From: Candidatus Makana argininalis
GTDB lineage: Bacteria; Pseudomonadota; Gammaproteobacteria; Enterobacterales; Enterobacteriaceae
NCBI GenBank assembly: GCA_044442865.1
Contig: JBISJU010000001.1
Span: forward strand, 31,402-95,401
Length of the DNA stretch: 64,000 nt
Reading direction: 5' to 3'
The stretch's first letter is position 1; each line of letters opens with the position of its first letter. Position numbers and translations under genes: made by a program. The notes under the pieces are model-generated. The model saw only the letters and a list, made by a program, of their open reading frames with translations, searched no databases and was not told the DNA's origin. Positions 39,102 to 48,119 of the stretch are shown piece after piece.

Positions 39102-40030
39102 TTATATAATTTTTTTATAAGCTTTTTTAATTGAATTAATATTATCAATAGAAATACATTCTATATTTTTAACTATATTTTTATTAATTTTAGTAAGTAT
39201 ATTACTTGGTCCACATTCTAATATTATTTTTACCCCGATTTTTGCAATATATTTAATAATTTTAATCCAATTTAATGGTTTATATAATTGATACAATAAT
39301 GATTTTTTAATTAAATTTATATTTTTTTCACAAGTAATACTTGTATTGTTAACAAATGGAATTTTTGGATTAATTAAATTTAATTTATCTAAAATTTTTG
39401 ATAATTCTAATGATATAGGTTTCATTAAATAAGAATGAAAAGGAAAACCAATAGGTAATAAAAAAGATTTAGCTCCAAATTCATAACATATTAAAATAGC
39501 TCTTTTTACGGCATTTTTATTTCCTGAAATTATTGTTTGATATTTAGTATTAAAAATTGCAGGAAATACTATTTCTCTTTTTGATGCTTTTTTACATGCA
39601 TAATAAATATATTTTTTATTTATACCTATAATAGCAGCCATTAATCCTTTTTTATATGGAAATAAATTTTTTATTATTTTTTCTCTATTTTTTAATAATT
39701 TTAATGTATGTTTAAATTTCAAAATACCAGAACATGTTAAACATGAATATTCTCCTAAACTATGACCCGCTATTACATTTGGGTTTATCCCTACAATGTC
39801 CTTTCATAATCGCCATATTGATATAGATGATACTAATAATACTATTTGTGATTTATATGTAAAATAAAATTTTTTTTTGTCATTATTTATTATTTTATAT
39901 AAATCATATCCTAAGAAGCATGAAGCTTCATCAAATGTATCTTTAATGATTTTGTATTTATTTATAAATTTGATGATGTTTTTTTTTTATTATATCCTTG
40001 ACCAGGAAAAACTATTGAAAATTTTTTCAT
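39102..40030 (-). pseudogene. fabD: malonyl-CoA-ACP transacylase with two lesions: frameshift in an A10 tract and an in-frame TGA at a conserved Trp
   Basis: The minus strand reads ATG-KKFSIVFPGQGYNKKK, then A10 (T10 on the + strand, 39979-39988) breaks the frame. The +1 frame continues IIKDTFDEASCFLGYDL...SISIWRL-TGA(39806-39804)-KDIVGINPNVIAGHSLGEYS and runs into the 206-aa ORF. The whole is collinear with E. coli FabD. Confidence 0.85.
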
Positions 40031-40085
40031 TTTTATTTCCTATTTTTAGTATAATTTATTGTTAAAATAATTAAATTAAATATAA

Positions 40086-40289
40086 TTATTTTAATTTGTT
40101 TTTTTTAATATCTTTTTTGTTTTTAATAATTTTTTTACCTTTATAAAAACCATTTTTGGATACATGATAACGTAAATGAGTTTCTCCAGAAATTTTATCA
40201 ATTGTTAAAGAAAAATTATTTTTTATTGAATCATGTGATCTCCTCATTCCTCGTTTAGATCTAGTACATTTGCTTTTTTGAACAGCCAT
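40086..40289 (-). CDS. rpmF: 50S ribosomal protein L32
   Basis: 67-aa [23 protein letters not shown] matches E. coli L32. It heads the fab cluster, as in E. coli. Confidence 0.93.
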   Translation of the reverse strand: MAVQKSKCTRSKRGMRRSHDSIKNNFSLTIDKISGETHLRYHVSKNGFYKGKKIIKNKKDIKKNKLK

Positions 40290-40344
40290 TTTTTTCCTTT
40301 ATATTGAAAAACCAAATTTTTTAAAAATTTAGTTTATAATTTAA

Positions 40345-41374
40345 TTAATTTAAAATACAAAATGGAGTTTTTATGTTACAAAAAATATAAATTATATTTA
40401 AAATATCATTCCATGCTTTGTATTTATAATCTGTTTTAATTAAAAATTCTATTTTACGAATTAAAGTTAATATTTTAAATAAATCAAACATTGACATATT
40501 AAATATTAATTTTTTATAAATATTTTTTAGTTTATTACAATAAATGTTGTTAATTTTAAAAATCATTTTTAATTTAGTGTTATTTATTTTTTTTTTCATA
40601 TTTATTAATTTAATAATACTATTTTGAATAATTCTAATTATTAAAATTGGTTCAATTAATTCATATTTGAATTTGTTTAAAATTTTATTTAAATTATTAA
40701 TATTTCCATACATAATTAAATATATTAATTTATATGAATTAACTTCACAAATATTATCTAATGAATATAATAAAAATTTTAAGTTTATCAATTTTTTATT
40801 AAAAATTATTTCAAGACTGTTTAATGATTTATTAATTAATAATAAATTTCCATCATAATAATTATATAAATAATCTAAAGCATTATAATTTATTAATATT
40901 TGTTTTTTTTTAATAATTAATTTTAATAACTTAAATTTATTATTTTTATTTATATCAGAACAATTAATTATTATTATATTTTTACAAATTAATTTTAACC
41001 ATAAGGAATTTAAAATTAATTTGTTTAAAACATTAATTTCAAAAATTATTAATATATTTTCTTTTATATTTAAAATTAAATCTTTTATTTTTTTGTCTAT
41101 TGTATAATTGTATATGTTTTTATTAAATTTTATTAAAATTATTTTATTTTCATAAAATAAATTTTTTTCATTTATTGAAAAAAAAATATTTTTCCAATCT
41201 GTTTTAAAATTTATTAAAAAAGATAATATTTTTTTAAATTTTTTTTTTTGATAATTTAATAATATTTTTTTTACTTTCTTCTAATAAAAATTTATTTTCA
41301 CCATATATTAAGTAAAATTTATTAAAATATTTTTTTGAATTTTTAATTAAATCATATGTAAATATTGTAATCAT
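40345..41374 (-). CDS. holA: DNA polymerase III delta subunit, interrupted by a frameshift in an A11 tract
   Basis: The minus strand from ATG 41374 reads MITIFTYDLIKNSKKYFNKFYLIYGENKFLLEESKKNIIKLS, then A11 (T11 on the + strand, 41239-41249). The shifted frame FKKILSFLINFKTDWKNIFF...YYDGNLLLINKSL runs uninterrupted into the 148-aa ORF. The 1030-nt span is 343 codons + 1 nt. Position is downstream of leuS, as in E. coli. Confidence 0.8.
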
Positions 41375-41472
41375 AAATATATTTATTCTTAAATATTTTG
41401 TATTATGTTATTTTAATAAATTTTACTTAATATATAAGTAAACATTCAATATAATAAATATAAATATTTAAT

Positions 41473-43944
41473 TTAATTTGTAACTAAATTAATTAATTTA
41501 TCTGGAATATAAATTTTTTTAATTATTTTTTTTTTTTTTATTAAATTTTTAATTCTATAATTGTTAAAAACAAGATTGTTAATAATATCTATTTTTGAAC
41601 CTCTAGGGATTTTAAGTTTACTACGTACTTTGCCATTAATTTGAATAATTAATAAAATATTTTTATCTATAATCGAATTTTTATCTATTATCGGCCATAA
41701 AGCATTATCAATATCACCTTTACCACCAATATACTTCCATAATGCAAAACATATATGAGGTGTAAATGGATAAAGCATAATAATAACATTTTTAAGTATT
41801 TCTTGTAATAGCATTCTATCTTTATAATCATTTTTAAAAAATTTAATTTTTTTATTTATAATTTGCATTATATATGATATAATTATGTTAAATGATTTTT
41901 TTCTACTAAAATGATCTGTAATTTTATAAATAATTTTATTAATTTCATTTTTTATTTTTTTTTGTTTATTATTTAAATTAGATAAATCAATAATTTTTAT
42001 TATTCCATTTTTAACATGATTATATGTAATATACCAAAGTTTTTTTAAAAATTTATTTATTCCTTCTAATTTAAAATTTTTCCATTCTAATGATATATCA
42101 ACTGGTGCAGAAAACATTATAAATAATCTTAAAGTATCAGCACCATATTTTTTTATAATATCATTGGGATTAATACCATTATTTTTAGATTTAGACATTT
42201 TACTTAACCCATCATAGATTAAACATCTACCTTTTTTATCTAAGTATTTTTCAATTTTTCCTTTTTTATTTATTTTTGTTTGTACATTTAATGGGGATAT
42301 CCATTTTTTATTACCATTGGGAGTTAAATAATAAAAAGAATCTGATAATACCATTCCTTGACATAATAAATTCTTAACAGGTTCGTCAGTTTTTATAAAT
42401 CCAAAATCTTTTAATAATTTATGATAAAATCTAAAATAAAGAAGATGCATATTTGCATGCTCTATACCTCCAATATATTGATCTATAGGTAACCAATAAT
42501 TAGCAGATTTAGTATGTACCATATTTTTATTATATTTATTACAAGTATATCTAACATAATACCAAGAAGATTCCATAAATGTATCAAAAGTATCAGATTC
42601 ACGAACAGCTGGACTTCCTTTGTAATAACATTTTTTATATTCAAAATTATTATGAATTTTATTTAATTTTTTGTTTTTATAATTTTTTTGTGAAAGTAAT
42701 ACTGGCAATTGATTTTTAGGTACAGTGACTGTTTTTCCATTTTTAAGTTTAATAATTGGTATTGGCACACCCCAATATCTTTGTCTAGAAATACACCAAT
42801 CTTGCAATTTATATTTTGTTTTAAATTTACCTAGTTTATATAAAATTAATAAATTTGATATTGAATTTAAATTATTAATAAATTTACTACTTATTATTAT
42901 TTTTTTTTTAATATTAAAATAAACTTTATTAAAACCTATAGTAGAACCATATTCGTAATCTACTAATTTAAAATTAGTAGATATTATAGGTATTTTTTTA
43001 CCATTAAATGGATTAATAACATTTAAACCTGTTTTAATAAATTTTTTTTTAAAATAAAATTTTTTTTCATTTGTAATATAATTTAAATAATAATATTTAA
43101 TAAAAGAAAAAAAAAAAATATTATAAGATGCTACAAATTTAGAAATAAAATTATTAAATGATATAAATATGTATTTAATTTCCATAAATCTATTTGAATG
43201 ATGAGTATATATTTTAATTTTATTTTTTGAATTATGTATTATTAATTTTATTTCCATTAATTTTGATTTACCAATCCATTTTTTTTGCATATTTTTTACA
43301 TTTTCAGGCCATTCATTTAATTTTTTAATATCTTTTAATAATCTATCTGCATATTTTGTGATTTTTATAAACCACTGTGACATCTCTTTTCGTTCTACCA
43401 AATAATCACATCTCCAACAGCGATTATTAATCACTTGTTCATTCGCTAACACTGTTTTATCTTTAGGACACCAATTTATTTCTATTTTTTTTTTATAAAT
43501 TAATTTCTTTTTATATAAATTAATAAAAAATAATTGCTCCCATTTATAATAATCTGGACTAGAAGTATTAATTTCACGATCCCAGTCATATGCTAAACCT
43601 AATGATTTAAGTTGTTTTTTCATTAATAAAATATTTGAATATGTCCAATCATATGGTGAAATATTATTTTTTATAGCAGCATTTTCTGCTGGTAATCCAA
43701 ATGCATCCCAACCTATAGGTTGTAAAACATTTTTACCAATCATTCTGTTATATCTAGATATAACATCACCAATAGTATAATTACGAACATGTCCCATATG
43801 CAAACTACCAGAAGGATAAGGAATCATAGAAACACAATAATATTTTTTTTTATTAAAGTTTACATAAGATTTAAATGTTTTATTTTTAATCCAATATTTT
43901 TGTATTTTTGTTTCTATATTTTTAGGTATATATATTTCTTTCAT
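41473..43944 (-). CDS. leuS: leucyl-tRNA synthetase (editing-site residues degenerate)
   Basis: 823-aa ORF. HMGHVRNY (HIGH) and KMSKSKNN are present. The CP1 region is present, but the TTRPDT and GHD motifs are replaced. Confidence 0.96.
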   Translation of the reverse strand: MKEIYIPKNIETKIQKYWIKNKTFKSYVNFNKKKYYCVSMIPYPSGSLHMGHVRNYTIGDVISRYNRMIGKNVLQPIGWDAFGLPAENAAIKNNISPYDWTYSNILLMKKQLKSLGLAYDWDREINTSSPDYYKWEQLFFINLYKKKLIYKKKIEINWCPKDKTVLANEQVINNRCWRCDYLVERKEMSQWFIKITKYADRLLKDIKKLNEWPENVKNMQKKWIGKSKLMEIKLIIHNSKNKIKIYTHHSNRFMEIKYIFISFNNFISKFVASYNIFFFSFIKYYYLNYITNEKKFYFKKKFIKTGLNVINPFNGKKIPIISTNFKLVDYEYGSTIGFNKVYFNIKKKIIISSKFINNLNSISNLLILYKLGKFKTKYKLQDWCISRQRYWGVPIPIIKLKNGKTVTVPKNQLPVLLSQKNYKNKKLNKIHNNFEYKKCYYKGSPAVRESDTFDTFMESSWYYVRYTCNKYNKNMVHTKSANYWLPIDQYIGGIEHANMHLLYFRFYHKLLKDFGFIKTDEPVKNLLCQGMVLSDSFYYLTPNGNKKWISPLNVQTKINKKGKIEKYLDKKGRCLIYDGLSKMSKSKNNGINPNDIIKKYGADTLRLFIMFSAPVDISLEWKNFKLEGINKFLKKLWYITYNHVKNGIIKIIDLSNLNNKQKKIKNEINKIIYKITDHFSRKKSFNIIISYIMQIINKKIKFFKNDYKDRMLLQEILKNVIIMLYPFTPHICFALWKYIGGKGDIDNALWPIIDKNSIIDKNILLIIQINGKVRSKLKIPRGSKIDIINNLVFNNYRIKNLIKKKKIIKKIYIPDKLINLVTN

Positions 43945-44044
43945 ATAAAAAAAAAAATTCCTTATTAAGAATAAATTTTACATATATTTTTTTATTTTTT
44001 TTTAAAATTATATTAATTATCATATTAATAATATTAAATATATG

Positions 44045-45364
44045 TTATTTACTAAATTTAAAATTTTTATTATTTTTAACTTCTAATACACCATTATAAA
44101 TAGCTTTATTTTTTAAATTTTCTTCTATTCTGATTAATTGATTATATTTAGCAACTCTTTCAGATCTACTCATTGAACCAGTTTTTATTTGTCCAGATGA
44201 TGTACCTACAGATAAATCAGCAATTATAGTATCTTCAGTTTCTCCAGATCGATGTGAAATTATAGTAGCATACCCATGTTTTTTAGCTATTTTAATTGTA
44301 TTTAAAGTTTCAGTTAATGATCCAATTTGATTTGCTTTTATAATAATAGCATTGACAATTTTATTTTTTATACCTTTTTTTAAAATATTAATATTTGTTG
44401 AAAACAAATCATCACCTACAAGTTGAATTTTTTTACCTAATTTTTTTGTTTGGTAAGAAAAACCTATCCAATCTTTTTCATGTAAACCATCTTCTATGGA
44501 AACAATAGGATATTTTTTGGTTAAATTTTCCAAATAATTAGTAAATTCTTTATAGTTAAAATTTTTATTTTCATTTTTTAATTTATACAAATTATTATTT
44601 ATATCAAATAATTCTGATGCTGCGCAATCTATAGCTATTGTTACTTCTTTTCCTGTTTTATATCCTGAAATTTCTATAGCTTCTTTTATTAATAAAATAG
44701 CTTCTTCATTAGAAGATAAATTTGGAGAAAAACCACCTTCATCACCAACACCTGTATACATGTTTCTTTTTTTTAAAATATAATATAAATTATGAAATAT
44801 TTCTGAACCTATACGTATAGCCTCTTTAATACTTTTAGCTTTAATTGGTTGAATCATAAACTCTTGTATATCTATATTGTTATCTGAATGAACACCACCA
44901 TTAATTATATTCATCATAGGTAATGGTATAGTAAATTTATTAGGAGTTTCATTCAAATCAGCTATATGAGAATATAAAGGTATATTTTTTGAAAGTGCCG
45001 CAGCTTTTGCTAAAGCAAATGAAACTGCTAAAATAGCATTTGCTCCTAAATTCATTTTATTATCAGTTCCATCTAAATCTATCATAATTTTATCTAAATC
45101 TGATTGATAAATTGCATTTTTACCAATTAATGATGGATATATATATTTGTTAATAGAATTAACTGCTTTTTTAACTCCTTTTCCTAAAAAACGAGTATTA
45201 TCACAATCTCTAAGTTCTAATGCCTCTAAAGATCCTTTTGAAGCTCCAGATGGTACAGAAGATATACCAATAAATCCCCCTTTTAAATGAACTTCTGCTT
45301 CTACAGTAGGATTTCCACGAGAGTCAATTATTTCACGTCCAATTATTTTTACAATTTTTGCCAT
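44045..45364 (-). CDS. eno: enolase
   Basis: 439-aa [30 protein letters not shown] and [10 protein letters not shown] are almost identical to E. coli Eno. Confidence 0.97.
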   Translation of the reverse strand: MAKIVKIIGREIIDSRGNPTVEAEVHLKGGFIGISSVPSGASKGSLEALELRDCDNTRFLGKGVKKAVNSINKYIYPSLIGKNAIYQSDLDKIMIDLDGTDNKMNLGANAILAVSFALAKAAALSKNIPLYSHIADLNETPNKFTIPLPMMNIINGGVHSDNNIDIQEFMIQPIKAKSIKEAIRIGSEIFHNLYYILKKRNMYTGVGDEGGFSPNLSSNEEAILLIKEAIEISGYKTGKEVTIAIDCAASELFDINNNLYKLKNENKNFNYKEFTNYLENLTKKYPIVSIEDGLHEKDWIGFSYQTKKLGKKIQLVGDDLFSTNINILKKGIKNKIVNAIIIKANQIGSLTETLNTIKIAKKHGYATIISHRSGETEDTIIADLSVGTSSGQIKTGSMSRSERVAKYNQLIRIEENLKNKAIYNGVLEVKNNKNFKFSK

Positions 45365-45376
45365 AATTATTCCTTT

Positions 45377-45474
45377 TTTTTTTAAAAATTTGTAATATTT
45401 ATAATATAATTATATATTAATTTATAAAAATTAATATATAATTATATTATAAATATTACAAATTTTTAAAAAAA
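45377..45474. repeat. 98-bp perfect inverted repeat (47-bp arms, 4-nt loop) filling the eno/sufA divergent intergenic region
   Basis: Every position p in 45377-45423 is complementary to position 90851-p (45428-45474). The loop is ATAA. Confidence 0.95.
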
Positions 45475-45492
45475 TTATTATATTTTAAAAAT

Positions 45493-45822
45493 ATGAATAA
45501 TAAAATTATTATAACTAACGCTGCTGCAAAACAAATTAATTTTTTATCCAAACAAGATTCTTCTATGATTGGATTACGTATTTTATTAAAAAATTCTGGA
45601 TGCGCTGGATTTAAATATTTATTAAAAAAAGTTAAAGTTATTAAAAATCATTATAAAATATATGAACACCAAGGGGCTAAAATATTTGTTTCATCTAAAA
45701 TTTTATTTTTTATAAGTGGAACAGAAATAGATTATGTTAAAAAAAAATTAAAAGAAGAATTTAGATTTAATAATCCAAAAGCAAAGTATTATTGTGGTTG
45801 TGGTAAAAGTTTTGGAGTTTAA
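45493..45822 (+). CDS. sufA: Fe-S cluster assembly scaffold/carrier SufA
   Basis: 109-aa A-type carrier. C-x(n)-CGCG motif (SGCAGF...CGCGKSFGV). First gene of the suf operon. Confidence 0.9.
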   Translation: MNNKIIITNAAAKQINFLSKQDSSMIGLRILLKNSGCAGFKYLLKKVKVIKNHYKIYEHQGAKIFVSSKILFFISGTEIDYVKKKLKEEFRFNNPKAKYYCGCGKSFGV

Positions 45823-45878
45823 TATAATAAATATTAATAATATTTTATTAAATTTTTACAATTAAAGGATTAAATTTA

Positions 45879-47330
45879 TTGAAAAAAAAAAAATATTATA
45901 AAGAAGGTTTTTTTACTTTTATTAAAACAAAAAAATTTCCTTATGGAATAAATAATAAAATAATATATGAAATATCTAAAATAAAAAATGAACCAAAATG
46001 GATGCTCTATTTTAGACTTAAATCGTATAAATTTTGGAAAAAAATGAAAGAACCTCATTGGATCAAAGGATATTATAAAAAAATAAATTATAATAAAATT
46101 AATTATTATGTTAGACCAATAATTGATAATAATAAAAAAAAAATTAATGAAAATAATACAAAGTCAAGTAATAATAAAAATTATGAAAATTTCTTAACAA
46201 ATGAAATAAAATATACCTTTGATAAACTTGGTGTGCCGATTATAAATAAAAATAATAAATTTGCAGTAGATGCTATTTTTGATTCTGTTTCAGTATATAC
46301 TACATATAGTAATAAATTAGAAGATTTGGGAATTATTTTTTGTTCTTTTAGTCATGCAATTAAAAAATATCCATTTTTAGTTAAAAAATATTTAGGAATA
46401 GTTGTTCCATATTATGATAATTTTTTTTCCGCTCTTAATTCTGCTGTTTATTCAGATGGAACTTTTGTATATATACCTAAAAATACAAAATGTCCTATAG
46501 AACTGTCTACATATTTCAGAATAAATTCTGACAAAACTGGACAATTTGAAAGAACTATAATAATAGCAGATGAAGGTAGTTATGTTAGTTATATTGAAGG
46601 ATGCACAGCTCCTGATAGAAATAAGAATCAATTACATGCAGCTGTTGTTGAAGTAATTTTATTTAATAACTCAGAAGTAAAATATTCAACTGTACAAAAT
46701 TGGTTTTCAGGAAATAAACCTAATATTGGAATTTTAAATTTTGTTACCAAAAGAGCTATATGTAAAGGTAAAAATTCAAAAATGTCTTGGATTCAATCTG
46801 AAACCGGTTCATCTATAACTTGGAAATATCCTAGTGTAATTTTATATGGGGATAATTCATGTGGAAATTTTTATTCTGTATCTATTACTAATTGTTATCA
46901 ACAAGCTGATACTGGTACAAAAATGATTCATATAGGTAAAAATACAAAATCTACTATAATCTCAAAAGGAATTGCTTCTGGAAAAAGTTCAAATACTTAT
47001 CGTAGTTTAGTTAAAATTATGCCAAAAGCTACAAATTCTAAAAATTTTACACAATGTGATTCTATGATTATAGGTAAAAAATGTGGTGTATATACATTTC
47101 CTTCTATTAAATCAAGTAATAATAGTTCTATTGTAGAACATGAAGCAACTACTTCGAGTATAGAAGATGATCAATTATTATATTGTAATCAGAGAGGAAT
47201 AAATATTGATAATGCTATTTCAATAATAGCAAACGGGTTTTGTAAAGAAATTTTTTCAGAACTTCCATTGGAATTTGTGATAGAAGCAAAAAAAATATTA
47301 TCTATTAATTTAAAAAAAAGTGTTGGTTAA
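45879..47330 (+). CDS. sufB: Fe-S cluster assembly protein SufB
   Basis: 483-aa ORF with a TTG start followed by an in-frame A12. NEPKWMLYFRLKSY, TGQFERTIIIADEGSYVSYIEGC and QADTGTKMIHIGKNTKSTIISKG match SufB. Confidence 0.95.
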   Translation: MKKKKYYKEGFFTFIKTKKFPYGINNKIIYEISKIKNEPKWMLYFRLKSYKFWKKMKEPHWIKGYYKKINYNKINYYVRPIIDNNKKKINENNTKSSNNKNYENFLTNEIKYTFDKLGVPIINKNNKFAVDAIFDSVSVYTTYSNKLEDLGIIFCSFSHAIKKYPFLVKKYLGIVVPYYDNFFSALNSAVYSDGTFVYIPKNTKCPIELSTYFRINSDKTGQFERTIIIADEGSYVSYIEGCTAPDRNKNQLHAAVVEVILFNNSEVKYSTVQNWFSGNKPNIGILNFVTKRAICKGKNSKMSWIQSETGSSITWKYPSVILYGDNSCGNFYSVSITNCYQQADTGTKMIHIGKNTKSTIISKGIASGKSSNTYRSLVKIMPKATNSKNFTQCDSMIIGKKCGVYTFPSIKSSNNSSIVEHEATTSSIEDDQLLYCNQRGINIDNAISIIANGFCKEIFSELPLEFVIEAKKILSINLKKSVG

Positions 47331-47378
47331 TAAAAACACTTAATTAGTAACTTAATTATAATTTACTTAAGGTTAAAA

Positions 47379-48119
47379 ATGTTATTAATTAAAAACTTAA
47401 CAGTAAATATAGAAAAAAAAAAAATAATTAAAAAATTAAATTTAAAAATCAAATCAGGAGAAATTCATGCAATAATGGGTCCGAATGGTTCTGGAAAAAG
47501 TACATTAGCATTAACATTAGCTGGAAATAAAAAACATCATGTTTTTAATGGATCTATTTTTTTTAAAAATAAAAATTTGTTATTATTAAAATCTGAATAT
47601 CGTGCATGTGAAGGTTTATTTATATCTTTTCAACACCCAGTTTTTATAAATGGGGTGAGTAATAAATATTTTTTAAAATTATCTATAAATTCTATTCGTA
47701 GATATAAAAAAAAAAATCCAATATGTATATTTAAATTTAATTCTTTATTAAAAAAAAAAATAAAATTAATGAATATTTCTTTAGATATGATGGATAGATC
47801 AGTTAATCAAGGATTTTCTGGTGGAGAAAAAAAGAAGAATGAAATACTACAAATGATTATGTTAGAACCAGACTTATGTATTTTTGATGAAATTGATTCA
47901 GGTTTGGATATTGATTCTTTAAAAAATGTATCAAATATAATAAATTCTTTTAAAAATAATAGACGTTCATTAATAATTATTACTCATTATCAGAGAATTT
48001 TTAAATATATAAAACCAGATTATGTTCATATATTATATAATGGAAAAATAATAAGATACAGTAATTACTCTTTAGCAAAATATATTGAGGATAATGGATA
48101 TGGTTTTATTAAAAAATAA
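47379..48119 (+). CDS. sufC: Fe-S cluster assembly ATPase SufC
   Basis: 246-aa ABC ATPase. GPNGSGKST Walker A, FSGGEKKKNE signature, and LCIFDEIDSGLD. Confidence 0.95.
   Translation: MLLIKNLTVNIEKKKIIKKLNLKIKSGEIHAIMGPNGSGKSTLALTLAGNKKHHVFNGSIFFKNKNLLLLKSEYRACEGLFISFQHPVFINGVSNKYFLKLSINSIRRYKKKNPICIFKFNSLLKKKIKLMNISLDMMDRSVNQGFSGGEKKKNEILQMIMLEPDLCIFDEIDSGLDIDSLKNVSNIINSFKNNRRSLIIITHYQRIFKYIKPDYVHILYNGKIIRYSNYSLAKYIEDNGYGFIKK

Noticed and set aside
38731-39120. 129-aa ORF antisense to fabG
   Set aside because: Fully overlapped by intact fabG on the other strand. Shadow ORF.
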